Positions 1 through 15,000 of a DNA stretch of 64,000 bases are shown piece after piece. How positions within the stretch are numbered: the stretch's first letter is position 1; each line of letters begins with the position of its first letter. This stretch comes from Eledone cirrhosa (Eukaryota): the NCBI GenBank assembly GCA_964016885.1, contig OZ024743.1, positions 343,790,001 through 343,854,000 on the forward strand, written 5' to 3'. The translations under genes and the position numbers were made by a program. Under the pieces are notes generated by a model, which saw only the letters and a program-made list of their open reading frames with translations, searched no databases and was not told where the DNA came from.

Positions 1-3000
1 TGATGGTGGTGATGGTTGTGGTGGGAGTGGTGGTGTTAATGTAGTAGTGGAGCTATGTTGGTTATGATGGTTATGATGGTTGTGATGGTTGTGATGGTAG
101 TGATGGTAGAGATGGTTGTGGTGGTAGTGGTGGTGTTAATGTAGTAGAGGGGCTATGTTGGTTATGATGGTTGTGATGGTTGTGATGGTAGTGATGGTTG
201 TGGTGGTAGTGGTGGTGTTAATGTAGTAGAGGGTCTATGTTGGTTATGATGGTTGTGATGGTTGTGATGGTAGTGATGGTTGTGGTGGTAGTGGTGGTGT
301 TAATGTAGTAGTAGGCTATGTTGGTTATGATGGTTGCGATGGTGGTGATGGTAGTGATGGTTGTGGTGGTAGTGGTGGTGTTAATGTAGTAGTGGGGCTA
401 TGTTGGTTATGATGGTTGTGATGGTTGTGATGGTAGTGATGGTTGTGGTGGGAGTGGTGGTGTTAATGTAGTAGTGGGGCTATGTTGGTTATGATGGTTG
501 TGATGGTAGTGATGGTAGTCATGGTTGTGGTGGTAGTGGTGGTAGTGGTGGTAGTGGTGGTGTTAATGTAGTAGTGGGGCTATGTTGGTTATGATGGTTG
601 TGATGGTAGTGGTGGTTGTGGTGGTAGTGGTGGTAGTGGTGGTAGTGGTGGTGTTAATGTAGTAGTGGAGATATGTTGGTTATGATGGTTATGATGGTTG
701 TGATGGTTGTGATGGTAGTGATGGTTGTGGTGGTAGTGGTGGTTGTGGTGGTAGTGGTGGTATTAATGTAGTAGTGGAGCTATGTTGGTTATGATGGTTG
801 TGGTGGTAGTCGGGGTAGTGGTTGTATTAATGTAGTAGTGGGGCTATGTTGGTTATGATGGTTGTGATGGTTGTGTGGTAGTGGTGGTAGTGGTGGTGTT
901 AATGCAGTAGTGGAGCTATGTTGGTTATGATGGTTGTGATGGTGGTGATGGTTGTGGTGGTAGTGGTGGTGTTAATATAGTAGTGGAGCTATGTTGGTTA
1001 TGATGGTTATGATGGTTGTGATGGTGGTTGTGGTAGTAGTGGTTGTGGTGGTAGTGGTGGTGTTAATGAAGTAGTGGAGCTATGTTGGTTATGATGGTTG
1101 TGATGGTGGTGATGGTTGTGGTGGTAGTGGTGGTGTTAATGTAGTAGTGGAGCTATGTTGGTTATGATGGTTGTGATGGTTGTGATGGTTGTGATGGTAG
1201 TGATGGTTGTGGTGGTTGTGGTGGTAGTGGTGGTGTTAATGTAGTAGTGGAGCTATGTTGGTTATGATGGTTGTGATGGTAGTGATGGTAGTGATGGTTG
1301 TGGTGGTAGTGGTGGTGTTAATGTAGTAGTGGAGCTATGTTGGTTATGATGGTTGTGATGGTTGTGATGGTTGTGATGGTAGTGGTGGTAGTGGTGGTAG
1401 TGGTGGTGTTAATGTAGTAGTGGAGCTATGTTGGTTATGATGGTTATGATGGTTGTGATGGTAGTGATGGGTGTGATGGTTGTGATGGTTGTGGTGGTAG
1501 TGGTGGTGTTAATGTAGTAGTGTGGCTATGTTGGTTATGTTGGTTGTGTTGGTTGTGATGGTAGTGATGGTTGTGGTGGTAGTGGTGGTTGTGTTGGTAG
1601 TAGTGGTGGTGGTGGTTGTGTTGGTAGTGGTGGTTCTGGTGGTAGTGATGGTGTTAATGTAGTTGTGGGGCTATGTTGGTTATGATGGTTGTGATGGTAG
1701 TGGTGGTAGTGTTGGTAGTGGTGGTTGTGTTGGTAGTGGTCGTTGTGTTGGTAGTGGTGGTTGTGTTGATAGTGGTGGTTGTGTTGATAGTGGTGGTTGT
1801 GATGGTAGTAGTCGTTGTGATGGTAGTAGTGGTTGTGATGGTAGTATTGGTTGTGTTGGTAGTGCTGGTTGTGTTGGTAGTAGTGGTTGTGATGGTAGTA
1901 GTGGTTGTGATGGTAGTAGTGGTTGTGTTGGTAGTGGTGTTTGTGTTGGTAGCGGTGGTTGTGTTGGTAGTCGTGGTTGTGTTGATAGTAGTGTTTGTGT
2001 TGGTAGTAGTGTTTGTGTTGGTAGTGGTGGTTGTGTTGGTAGTGGTGGTTGTGTTGGTAGTAGTGTTTGTGTTGGTAGTAGTGTTTGTGTTGGTAGTGGT
2101 GGTTGTGTTGGTAGTGGTGGTTGTGTTGGTAATGGTGGTTGTGATGGTAGTAGTGGTTGTGTTGGTAGTGGTGGTTGTGTTGGTAGTGGTGGAAGTGTTG
2201 GTAGTGGTGGTTGTGTTGGTAGTGGTGGTTGTGTTGGTAGTAGTGTTTGTGTTGGTAGTAGCGTTTGTGTTGGTAGTGGTAGTTGTGTTGGTAGTGGTGG
2301 TTGTGTTGGTAGTGGTAGTTGTGTTGGTTGAGTTGGTAGTGGTGGCTGTGTTGGTAGTAGTGGTTGTGTTGGTAGTGGTGGTTGTGTTGGTAGTAGTGGT
2401 TGTGGTGGGTGCGTTGGTGGTAGTGGTTGTGTTGGTAGTGGTGGTTGTGATGGTAGTAGTGGTTGTGGTGGTTGTGTTGGTAGTGGTGGTTGTGTTGGTA
2501 GTGATGGTAGTGGTGGTTGTGTTGGTAGTGGTGCTAGTGGTGGTTGTGTTGATAGTAGTGGTTGTGTTGGTAGTAGTGGTTGTGTTGGTAGTAGTGGTTG
2601 TGTTGGTAGTGATGGTTGTGTTGGTAATGGTGGCTGTGTTGGTAGTGGTGGTTGTGTTGGTAGTAGTGGTTGTGATCGTTATGATGGTATTGGTGGTTGA
2701 GTTGGTAGAAGTGGTTGTGTTGGTAGTGGTGGCAGTGGTGGTTGGGTTGGCAGTGGTGGCAGTGGTGGTTGTGTTGGTAGTAGTGGTTGTGTTGGTAGTA
2801 GTGGTTATGTTCGTAGTGCTAGTTGTGTTGGTTATGGTGATTGTGTTGGTAGTAGTGGTTGCTTTGGTTGTGGTGGTGGTGATGGTTGTGTTGGTAGTGG
2901 TAGTTGTGTTGGTTGTGGTGGTTGCGTTGGTAGTGGTGGCTGTGATGGTAGTAGTGGTTGTGTTGGTAGTGGTGGTTGTGTTGGTAGTGGTGGTTGTGTT

Positions 3001-6000
3001 GGTAGTGGTGGTTGTGTTGGTAGTCGTGGTTGTGATGGTAGTGATGGTAGTGATGGTTGTGGTGGTAGTGGTGGTGTTAATGTAGTAGTGGGGCTATGTT
3101 GGTTATGATGGTTGTGATGGTAGTGATGGTTGTGATGGTAGTGGTGGTTGTGGTGGTAGTGGTGGTGTTAATGTAGTAGTGGGGCTATGTTGGTTATGAT
3201 GGTTGTGATGGTAGTGGTGGTTGTGATGGTAGTGGTGGTTGTGGTGGTTGTGGTGGTAGTGGTGGTGTTAATGTAGTAGTGGGGCTATGTTGGTTATGAT
3301 GGTTGTGATGGTTGTGATGGTAGTGATGGTTGTGGTGGTAGTGGTGGTGTTAATGTAGTAGAGGGTCTATGTTGGTTATGATGGTTGTGATGGATTGTGA
3401 TGGTAGTAATGGTTGTGGTGGTAGTGGTGGTGTTAATGTAGTAGTGGGCTATGTTGGTTATGATGGTTGCGATGGTGGTGATGGTAGTGATGGTTGTGGT
3501 GGTAGTGGTGGTGTTAATGTAGTAGTGGGGCTATGTTGGTTATGATGGTTGTGATGGTTGTGATGGTAGTGATGGTTGTGGTGGGAGTGGTGGTGTTAAT
3601 GTAGTAGTGGGGCTATGTTGGTTATGATGGTTGTGATGGTGGTGATGGTAGTGATGGTTGTGGTGGTAGTGGTGGTGTTAATGTAGTAGTGGGGCTATGT
3701 TGGTTATGATGGTTGTGATGGTTGTGATGGTAGTGGTGGTTCTGGTGGTAGTGATGGTGTTAATGTAGTTGTGGGGCTATGTTGGTTATGATGGTTGTGA
3801 TGGTAGTGGTGGTAGTGTTGGTAGTGGTGGTTGTGTTGGTAGTGGTCGTTGTGTTGGTAGTGGTGGTTGTGTTGATAGTGGTGGTTGTGTTGATAGTGGT
3901 GGTTGTGATGGTAGTAGTCGTTGTGATGGTAGTAGTGGTTGTGATGGTAGTATTGGTTGTGTTGGTAGTGCTGGTTGTGTTGGTAGTAGTGGTTGTGATG
4001 GTAGTAGTGGTTGTGATGGTAGTAGTGGTTGTGTTGGTAGTGGTGTTTGTGTTGGTAGCGGTGGTTGTGTTGGTAGTCGTGGTTGTGTTGATAGTAGTGT
4101 TTGTGTTGGTAGTAGTGTTTGTGTTGGTAGTGGTGGTTGTGTTGGTAGTGGTGGTTGTGTTGGTAGTAGTGTTTGTGTTGGTAGTAGTGTTTGTGTTGGT
4201 AGTGGTGGTTGTGTTGGTAGTGGTGGTTGTGTTGGTAATGGTGGTTGTGATGGTAGTAGTGGTTGTGTTGGTAGTGGTGGTTGTGTTGGTAGTGGTGGAA
4301 GTGTTGGTAGTGGTGGTTGTGTTGGTAGTGGTGGTTGTGTTGGTAGTAGTGTTTGTGTTGGTAGTAGCGTTTGTGTTGGTAGTGGTAGTTGTGTTGGTAG
4401 TGGTGGTTGTGTTGGTAGTGGTAGTTGTGTTGGTTGAGTTGGTAGTGGTGGCTGTGTTGGTAGTAGTGGTTGTGTTGGTAGTGGTGGTTGTGTTGGTAGT
4501 AGTGGTTGTGGTGGGTGCGTTGGTGGTAGTGGTTGTGTTGGTAGTGGTGGTTGTGATGGTAGTAGTGGTTGTGGTGGTTGTGTTGGTAGTGGTGGTTGTG
4601 TTGGTAGTGATGGTAGTGGTGGTTGTGTTGGTAGTGGTGCTTGTGGTGGTTGTGTTGATAGTAGTGGTTGTGTTGGTAGTAGTGGTTGTGTTGGTAGTAG
4701 TGGTTGTGTTGGTAGTGATGGTTGTGTTGGTAATGGTGGCTGTGTTGGTAGTGGTGGTTGTGTTGGTAGTAGTGGTTGTGATCGTTATGATGGTATTGGT
4801 GGTTGAGTTGGTAGAAGTGGTTGTGTTGGTAGTGGTGGCAGTGGTGGTTGGGTTGGCAGTGGTGGCAGTGGTGGTTGTGTTGGTAGTAGTGGTTGTGTTG
4901 GTAGTAGTGGTTATGTTCGTAGTGCTAGTTGTGTTGGTTATGGTGATTGTGTTGGTAGTAGTGGTTGCTTTGGTTGTGGTGGTGGTGATGGTTGTGTTGG
5001 TAGTGGTAGTTGTGTTGGTTGTGGTGGTTGCGTTGGTAGTGGTGGCTGTGATGGTAGTAGTGGTTGTGTTGGTAGTGGTGGTTGTGTTGGTAGTGGTGGT
5101 TGTGTTGGTAGTGGTGGTTGTGTTGGTAGTCGTGGTTGTGATGGTAGTGATGGTAGTGATGGTTGTGGTGGTAGTGGTGGTGTTAATGTAGTAGTGGGGC
5201 TATGTTGGTTATGATGGTTGTGATGGTAGTGATGGTTGTGATGGTAGTGGTGGTTGTGGTGGTAGTGGTGGTGTTAATGTAGTAGTGGGGCTATGTTGGT
5301 TATGATGGTTGTGATGGTAGTGGTGGTTGTGATGGTAGTGGTGGTTGTGGTGGTTGTGGTGGTAGTGGTGGTGTTAATGTAGTAGTGGGGCTATGTTGGT
5401 TATGATGGTTGTGATGGTTGTGATGGTAGTGATGGTTGTGGTGGTAGTGGTGGTGTTAATGTAGTAGAGGGTCTATGTTGGTTATGATGGTTGTGATGGA
5501 TTGTGATGGTAGTAATGGTTGTGGTGGTAGTGGTGGTGTTAATGTAGTAGTGGGCTATGTTGGTTATGATGGTTGCGATGGTGGTGATGGTAGTGATGGT
5601 TGTGGTGGTAGTGGTGGTGTTAATGTAGTAGTGGGGCTATGTTGGTTATGATGGTTGTGATGGTTGTGATGGTAGTGATGGTTGTGGTGGGAGTGGTGGT
5701 GTTAATGTAGTAGTGGGGCTATGTTGGTTATGATGGTTGTGATGGTGGTGATGGTAGTGATGGTTGTGGTGGTAGTGGTGGTGTTAATGTAGTAGTGGGG
5801 CTATGTTGGTTATGATGGTTGTGATGGTTGTGATGGTAGTGGTGGTTCTGGTGGTAGTGATGGTGTTAATGTAGTTGTGGGGCTATGTTGGTTATGATGG
5901 TTGTGATGGTAGTGGTGGTAGTGTTGGTAGTGGTGGTTGTGTTGGTAGTGGTCGTTGTGTTGGTAGTGGTGGTTGTGTTGATAGTGGTGGTTGTGTTGAT

Positions 6001-9000
6001 AGTGGTGGTTGTGATGGTAGTAGTCGTTGTGATGGTAGTAGTGGTTGTGATGGTAGTATTGGTTGTGTTGGTAGTGCTGGTTGTGTTGGTAGTAGTGGTT
6101 GTGATGGTAGTAGTGGTTGTGATGGTAGTAGTGGTTGTGTTGGTAGTGGTGTTTGTGTTGGTAGCGGTGGTTGTGTTGGTAGTCGTGGTTGTGTTGATAG
6201 TAGTGTTTGTGTTGGTAGTAGTGTTTGTGTTGGTAGTGGTGGTTGTGTTGGTAGTGGTGGTTGTGTTGGTAGTAGTGTTTGTGTTGGTAGTAGTGTTTGT
6301 GTTGGTAGTGGTGGTTGTGTTGGTAGTGGTGGTTGTGTTGGTAATGGTGGTTGTGATGGTAGTAGTGGTTGTGTTGGTAGTGGTGGTTGTGTTGGTAGTG
6401 GTGGAAGTGTTGGTAGTGGTGGTTGTGTTGGTAGTGGTGGTTGTGTTGGTAGTAGTGTTTGTGTTGGTAGTAGCGTTTGTGTTGGTAGTGGTAGTTGTGT
6501 TGGTAGTGGTGGTTGTGTTGGTAGTGGTAGTTGTGTTGGTTGAGTTGGTAGTGGTGGCTGTGTTGGTAGTAGTGGTTGTGTTGGTAGTGGTGGTTGTGTT
6601 GGTAGTAGTGGTTGTGGTGGGTGCGTTGGTGGTAGTGGTTGTGTTGGTAGTGGTGGTTGTGATGGTAGTAGTGGTTGTGGTGGTTGTGTTGGTAGTGGTG
6701 GTTGTGTTGGTAGTGATGGTAGTGGTGGTTGTGTTGGTAGTGGTGCTAGTGGTGGTTGTGTTGATAGTAGTGGTTGTGTTGGTAGTAGTGGTTGTGTTGG
6801 TAGTAGTGGTTGTGTTGGTAGTGATGGTTGTGTTGGTAATGGTGGCTGTGTTGGTAGTGGTGGTTGTGTTGGTAGTAGTGGTTGTGATCGTTATGATGGT
6901 ATTGGTGGTTGAGTTGGTAGAAGTGGTTGTGTTGGTAGTGGTGGCAGTGGTGGTTGGGTTGGCAGTGGTGGTTGTGTTGGTAGTAGTGGTTGTGTTGGTA
7001 GTAGTGGTTATGTTCGTAGTGCTAGTTGTGTTGGTTATGGTGATTGTGTTGGTAGTAGTGGTTGCTTTGGTTGTGGTGGTGGTGATGGTTGTGTTGGTAG
7101 TGGTAGTTGTGTTGGTTGTGGTGGTTGCGTTGGTAGTGGTGGCTGTGATGGTAGTAGTGGTTGTGTTGGTAGTGGTGGTTGTGTTGGTAGTGGTGGTTGT
7201 GTTGGTAGTGGTGGTTGTGTTGGTAGTCGTGGTTGTGATGGTAGTGATGGTAGTGATGGTTGTGGTGGTAGTGGTGGTGTTAATGTAGTAGTGGGGCTAT
7301 GTTGGTTATGATGGTTGTGATGGTAGTGATGGTTGTGATGGTAGTGGTGGTTGTGGTGGTAGTGGTGGTGTTAATGTAGTAGTGGGGCTATGTTGGTTAT
7401 GATGGTTGTGATGGTAGTGGTGGTTGTGATGGTAGTGGTGGTTGTGGTGGTTGTGGTGGTAGTGGTGGTGTTAATGTAGTAGTGGGGCTATGTTGGTTAT
7501 GATGGTTGTGATGGTTGTGATGGTAGTGATGGTTGTGGTGGTAGTGGTGGTGTTAATGTAGTAGAGGGTCTATGTTGGTTATGATGGTTGTGATGGATTG
7601 TGATGGTAGTAATGGTTGTGGTGGTAGTGGTGGTGTTAATGTAGTAGTGGGCTATGTTGGTTATGATGGTTGCGATGGTGGTGATGGTAGTGATGGTTGT
7701 GGTGGTAGTGGTGGTGTTAATGTAGTAGTGGGGCTATGTTGGTTATGATGGTTGTGATGGTTGTGATGGTAGTGATGGTTGTGGTGGGAGTGGTGGTGTT
7801 AATGTAGTAGTGGGGCTATGTTGGTTATGATGGTTGTGATGGTAGTGATGGTAGTCATGGTTGTGGTGGTAGTGGTGGTAGTGGTGGTAGTGGTGGTGTT
7901 AATGTAGTAGTGGGGCTATGTTGGTTATGATGGTTGTGATGGTAGTGGTTGTTGTGGTGGTAGTGGTGGTAGTGGTGGTAGTGGTGGTGTTAATGTAGTA
8001 GTGGAGCTATTTTGTTTTTGATGGTTATGATGGTTGTGATGGTTGTGATGGTAGTGATGGTTGTGGTGGTAGTGGTGGTTGTGCTGGTAGTGGTGGTATT
8101 GGAGCTATGTTGGTTATGATGGTTGTGATGGTTGTGATGGTTGTGGTGGTAGTGGGGGTAGTGGTTGTATTAATGTAGTAGTGGGGCTATGTTGGTTATG
8201 ATGGTTGTGATGGTTGTGTGGTAGTGGTGGTAGTGGTGGTGTTAATGCAATAGTGGAGCTATGTTGGTTATGATGGTTGTGATGGTGGTGATGGTTGTGG
8301 TGGTAGTGGTGGTGTTAATGTAGTAGTGGAGCTATGTTGGTTATGATGGTTGTGATGGTAGTGATGGTAGTGATGGTTGTGGTGGTAGTGGTGGTGATAA
8401 TGTAGTAGTGGAGCTATGTTGGTTATGATGGTTATGATGGTTGTGATGGTGGTGGTGGTAGTAGTGGTTGTGGTGGTAGTGGTGGTGTTAATGTAGTAGT
8501 GGAGCTATGTTGGTTATGATGGTTGTGATGGTGGTGATGGTTGTGATGGTAGTGATGGTTGTGGTGGTAGTGGTGGTGTTAATGTAGTAGTGGAGCTATG
8601 TTGGTTATGATGGTTGTGATGGTTGTGATGGTTGTGATGGTAGTGATGGTTGTGGTGGTTGTGGTGGTAGTGGTGGTGTTAATGTAGTAGTGGAGCTATG
8701 TTGTTTATGATGGTTGTGATGGTAGTGATGGTAGTGATGGTTGTGGTGGTAGTGGTGGTGTTAATGTAGTAGTGGAGCTATGTTTGTTATGATGGTTGTG
8801 ATGGTTGTGATGGTGGTGATGGTAGTGGTGGTAGTGGTGGTAGTGGTGGTGTTAATGTAGTAGTGGAGCTATGTTTGTTATGATGGTTGTGATGGTTGTG
8901 ATGGTGGTGATGGTAGTGGTGGTTCTGGTGGTAGTGATGGTGTTAATGTAGTTGTGGGGCTATGTTGGTTATGATGGTTGTGATGGTAGTGGTGGTAGTG

Positions 9001-12000
9001 TTGGTAGTGGTGGTTGTGTTGGTAGTGGTCGTTTTGTTGGTAGTGGTGGTTGTGTTGATAGTGTTGGTGGTGTTGATAGTGGTGGTTGTGATGGTAGTAG
9101 TCGTTGTGATGGTAGTAGTGGTTGTGATGGTAGTATTGGTTGTGTTGGTAGTGCTGGTTGTGTTGGTAGTAGTGGTTGTGATGGTAGTAGTGGTTGTGTT
9201 GGTAGTGGTGTTTGTGTTGGTAGTGGTGGTTGTGTTGGTAGTCGTGGTTGTGTTGGTAGTAGTGTTTGTGTTGGTAGTAGTGGTTGTGTTGGTAGTGATG
9301 ATTGTGTTGGTAATGGTGGCTGTGTTGGTAGTGGTGGTTGTGTTGGTAGTAGTGGTTGTGATCGTTATGATGGTATTGGTGGTTGAGTTGGTAGAAGTGG
9401 TTGTGTTGGTAGTGGTGGCAGTGGTGGTTGGGTTGGCAGTGGTGGTTGTGTTGGTAGTAGTGGTTGTGTTGGTAGTAGTGGTTATGTTCGTAGTGCTAGT
9501 TGTGTTGGTTATGGTGATTGTGTTGGTAGTAGTGGTTGCTTTGGTTGTGGTGGTGGTGATGGTTGTGTTGGTAGTGGTAGTTGTGTTGGTTGTGGTGGTT
9601 GCGTTGGTAGTGGTGGCTGTGATGGTAGTAGTGGTTGTGTTGGTAGTGGTGGTTGTTTTGGTAGTGGTGGTTGTGTTGGTAGTGGTGGTTGTGTTGGTAG
9701 TCGTGGTTGTGATGGTAGTGATGGTAGTGATGGTTGTGGTGGTAGTGGTGGTGTTAATGTAGTAGTGGGGCTATGTTGGTTATGATGGTTGTGATGGTAG
9801 TGATGGTTGTGATGGTAGTGGTGGTTGTGGTGGTAGTGGTGGTGTTAATGTAGTAGTGGGGCTATGTTGGTTATGATGGTTGTGATGGTAGTGGTGGTTG
9901 TGATGGTAGTGGTGGTTGTGGTGGTTGTGGTGGTAGTGGTGGTGTTAAATTAGTAGTGGGGCTATGTTGGTTATGATGGTTGTGATGGTTGTGATGGTAG
10001 TGATGGTTGTGGTGGTAGTGGTGGTGTTAATGTAGTAGAGGGTCTATGTTGGTTATGATGGTTGTGATGGATTGTGATGGTAGTAATGGTTGTGGTGGTA
10101 GTGGTGGTGTTAATGTAGTAGTGGGGCTATGTTGGTTATGATGGTTGTGATGGTTGTGATGGTAGTGATGGTTGTGGTGGGAGTGGTGGTGTTAATGTAG
10201 TAGTGGGGCTATGTTGGTTATGATGGTTGTGATGGTTGTGATGGTAGTGATGGTTGTGGTGGGAGTGGTGGTGTTAATGTAGTAGTGGGGCTATGTTGGT
10301 TATGATGGTTGTGATGGTAGTGATGGTAGTCATGGTTGTGGTGGTAGTGGTGGTAGTGGTGGTAGTGGTGCTGTTAATGTAGTAGTGGGGCTATGTTGGT
10401 TATGATGGTTGTGATGGTAGTGGTTGTTGTGGTGGTAGTGGTGGTAGTGGTGGTAGTGGTGGTAGTGGTGGTGTTAATGTAGTAGTGGAGCTATTTTGTT
10501 TTTGATGGTTATGATGGTTGTGATGGTTGTGATGGTAGTGATGGTTGTGGTGGTAGTGGTGGTTGTGCTGGTAGTGGTGGTATTGGAGCTATGTTGGTTA
10601 TGATGGTTGTGATGGTTGTGATGGTTGTGGTGGTAGTGGGGGTAGTGGTTGTATTAATGTAGTAGTGGGGCTATGTTGGTTATGATGGTTGTGATGGTTG
10701 TGTGGTAGTGGTGGTAGTGGTGGTGTTAATGCAATAGTGGAGCTATGTTGGTTATGATGGTTGTGATGGTGGTGATGGTTGTGGTGGTAGTGGTGGTGTT
10801 AATGTAGTAGTGGAGCTATGTTGGTTATGATGGTTGTGATGGTAGTGATGGTAGTGATGGTTGTGGTGGTAGTGGTGGTGATAATGTAGTAGTGGAGCTA
10901 TGTTGGTTATGATGGTTATGATGGTTGTGATGGTGGTGGTGGTAGTAGTGGTTGTGGTGGTAGTGGTGGTGTTAATGTAGTAGTGGAGCTATGTTGGTTA
11001 TGATGGTTGTGATGGTGGTGATGGTTGTGATGGTAGTGATGGTTGTGGTGGTAGTGGTGGTGTTAATGTAGTAGTGGAGCTATGTTGGTTATGATGGTTG
11101 TGATGGTTGTGATGGTTGTGATGGTAGTGATGGTTGTGGTGGTTGTGGTGGTAGTGGTGGTGTTAATGTAGTAGTGGAGCTATGTTGGTTATGATGGTTG
11201 TGATGGTAGTGATGGTAGTGATGGTTGTGGTGGTAGTGGTGGTGTTAATGTAGTAGTGGAGCTATGTTTGTTATGATGGTTGTGATGGTTGTGATGGTGG
11301 TGATGGTAGTGGTGGTAGTGGTGGTAGTGGTGGTGTTAATGTAGTAGTGGAGCTATGTTGGTTATGATGGTTATGATGGTTGTGATGGTAGTGATGGGTG
11401 TGATGGTTGTGATGGTTGTGGTGGTAGTGGTGGTGTTAATGTAGTAGTGGAGCTATGTTGGTTATGATGGTTGTGATGGTTGTGATGGTGGTGATGGTGG
11501 TGATGGTTGTGGTGGTAGTGGTGGTAGTGGTCGTGTTAATGTAGTAGTGTGGCTATGTTGGTTATGTTGGTTGTGTTGGTTGTGATGGTAGTGATGGTTG
11601 TGGTGGTAGTGGTGGTTGTGTTGGTAGTAGTGGTGGTGGTGGTTGTGTTGGTAGTGGTGGTTCTGGTGGTAGTGATGGTGTTAATGTAGTTGTGGGGCTA
11701 TGTTGGTTATGATGGTTGTGATGGTAGTGGTGGTAGTGTTGGTAGTGGTGGTTGTGTTGGTAGTGGTCGTTTTGTTGGTAGTGGTGGTTGTGTTGATAGT
11801 GTTGGTGGTGTTGATAGTGGTGGTTGTGATGGTAGTAGTCGTTGTGATGGTAGTAGTGGTTGTGATGGTAGTATTGGTTGTGTTGGTAGTGCTGGTTGTG
11901 TTGGTAGTAGTGGTTGTGATGGTAGTAGTGGTTGTGTTGGTAGTGGTGTTTGTGTTGGTAGTGGTGGTTGTGTTGGTAGTCGTGGTTGTGTTGGTAGTAG

Positions 12001-15000
12001 TGTTTGTGTTGGTAGTAGTGGTTGTGTTGGTAGTGATGGTTGTGTTGGTAATGGTGGCTGTGTTGGTAGTGGTGGTTGTGTTGGTAGTAGTGGTTGTGAT
12101 CGTTATGATGGTATTGGTGGTTGAGTTGGTAGAAGTGGTTGTGTTGGTAGTGGTGGCAGTGGTGGTTGGGTTGGCAGTGGTGGTTGTGTTGGTAGTAGTG
12201 GTTGTGTTGGTAGTAGTGGTTATGTTCGTAGTGCTAGTTGTGTTGGTTATGGTGATTGTGTTGGTAGTAGTGGTTGCTTTGGTTGTGGTGGTGGTGATGG
12301 TTGTGTTGGTAGTGGTAGTTGTGTTGGTTGTGGTGGTTGCGTTGGTAGTGGTGGCTGTGATGGTAGTAGTGGTTGTGTTGGTAGTGGTGGTTGTTTTGGT
12401 AGTGGTGGTTGTGTTGGTAGTGGTGGTTGTGTTGGTAGTCGTGGTTGTGATGGTAGTGATGGTAGTGATGGTTGTGGTGGTAGTGGTGGTGTTAATGTAG
12501 TAGTGGGGCTATGTTGGTTATGATGGTTGTGATGGTAGTGATGGTTGTGATGGTAGTGGTGATTGTGGTGGTAGTGGTGGTGTTAATGTAGTAGTGGGGC
12601 TATGTTGGTTATGATGGTTGTGATGGTAGTGATGGTTGTGATGGTAGTGGTGGTTGTGGTGGTAGTGGTGGTGTTAATGTAGTAGTGGGGCTATGTTGGT
12701 TATGATGGTTGTGATGGTAGTGATGGTTGTGATGGTAGTGGTGGTTGTGGTGGTAGTGGTGGTGTTAATGTAGTAGTGGGGCTATGTTGGTTATGATGGT
12801 TGTGATGGTAGTGGTGGTTGTGATGGTAGTGGTGGTTGTGGTGGTTGTGGTGGTAGTGGTGGTGTTAAATTAGTAGTGGGGCTATGTTGGTTATGATGGT
12901 TGTGATGGTTGTGATGGTAGTGATGGTTGTGGTGGTAGTGGTGGTGTTAATGTAGTAGAGGGTCTATGTTGGTTATGATGGTTGTGATGGATTGTGATGG
13001 TAGTAATGGTTGTGGTGGTAGTGGTGGTGTTAATGTAGTAGTGGGCTATGTTGGTTATGATGGTTGTGATGGTTGTGATGGTAGTGATGGTTGTGGTGGG
13101 AGTGGTGGTGTTAATGTAGTAGTGGGGCTATGTTGGTTATGATGGTTGTGATGGTAGTGATGGTAGTCATGGTTGTGGTGGTAGTGGTGGTAGTGGTGGT
13201 AGTGGTGGTGTTAATGTAGTAGTGGGGCTATGTTGGTTATGATGGTTGTGATGGTAGTGGTTGTTGTGGTGGTAGTGGTGGTAGTGGTGGTAGTGGTGGT
13301 AGTGGTGGTGTTAATGTAGTAGTGGAGCTATTTTGTTTTTGATGGTTATGATGGTTGTGATGGTTGTGATGGTAGTGATGGTTGTGGTGGTAGTGGTGGT
13401 TGTGCTGGTAGTGGTGGTATTGGAGCTATGTTGGTTATGATGGTTGTGATGGTTGTGATGGTTGTGGTGGTAGTGGGGGTAGTGGTTGTATTAATGTAGT
13501 AGTGGGGCTATGTTGGTTATGATGGTTGTGATGGTTGTGTGGTAGTGGTGGTAGTGGTGGTGTTAATGCAATAGTGGAGCTATGTTGGTTATGATGGTTG
13601 TGATGGTGGTGATGGTTGTGGTGGTAGTGGTGGTGTTAATGTAGTAGTGGAGCTATGTTGGTTATGATGGTTGTGATGGTAGTGATGGTAGTGATGGTTG
13701 TGGTGGTAGTGGTGGTGATAATGTAGTAGTGGAGCTATGTTGGTTATGATGGTTATGATGGTTGTGATGGTGGTGGTGGTAGTAGTGGTTGTGGTGGTAG
13801 TGGTGGTGTTAATGTAGTAGTGGAGCTATGTTGGTTATGATGGTTGTGATGGTGGTGATGGTTGTGATGGTAGTGATGGTTGTGGTGGTAGTGGTGGTGT
13901 TAATGTAGTAGTGGAGCTATGTTGGTTATGATGGTTTTGATGGTTGTGATGGTTGTGATGGTAGTGATGGTTGTGGTGGTTGTGGTGGTAGTGGTGGTGT
14001 TAATGTAGTAGTGGAGCTATGTTGGTTATGATGGTTGTGATGGTAGTGATGGTAGTGATGGTTGTGGTGGTAGTGGTGGTGTTAATGTAGTAGTGGAGCT
14101 ATGTTTGTTATGATGGTTGTGATGGTTGTGATGGTGGTGATGGTAGTGGTGGTAGTGGTGGTAGTGGTGGTGTTAATGTAGTAGTGGAGCTATGTTGGTT
14201 ATGATGGTTATGATGGTTGTGATGGTAGTGATGGGTGTGATGGTTGTGATGGTTGTGGTGGTAGTGGTGGTGTTAATGTAGTAGTGGAGCTATGTTGGTT
14301 ATGATGGTTGTGATGGTTGTGATGGTGGTGATGGTGGTGATGGTTGTGGTGGTAGTGGTGGTAGTGGTCGTGTTAATGTAGTAGTGTGGCTATGTTGGTT
14401 ATGTTGGTTGTGTTGGTTGTGATGGTAGTGATGGTTGTGGTGGTAGTGGTGGTTGTGTTGGTAGTAGTGGTGGTGGTGGTTGTGTTGGTAGTGGTGGTTC
14501 TGGTGGTAGTGATGGTGTTAATGTAGTTGTGGGGCTATGTTGGTTATGATGGTTGTGATGGTAGTGGTGGTAGTGTTGGTAGTGGTGGTTGTGTTGGTAG
14601 TGGTCGTTTTGTTGGTAGTGGTGGTTGTGTTGATAGTGTTGGTGGTGTTGATAGTGGTGGTTGTGATGGTAGTAGTCGTTGTGATGGTAGTAGTGGTTGT
14701 GATGGTAGTATTGGTTGTGTTGGTAGTGCTGGTTGTGTTGGTAGTAGTGGTTGTGATGGTAGTAGTGGTTGTGTTGGTAGTGGTGTTTGTGTTGGTAGTG
14801 GTGGTTGTGTTGGTAGTCGTGGTTGTGTTGGTAGTAGTGTTTGTGTTGTTAGTAGTGGTTGTGTTGGTAGTGATGGTTGTGTTGGTAATGGTGGCTGTGT
14901 TGGTAGTGGTGGTTGTGTTGGTAGTAGTGGTTGTGATCGTTATGATGGTATTGGTGGTTGAGTTGGTAGAAGTGGTTGTGTTGGTAGTGGTGGCAGTGGT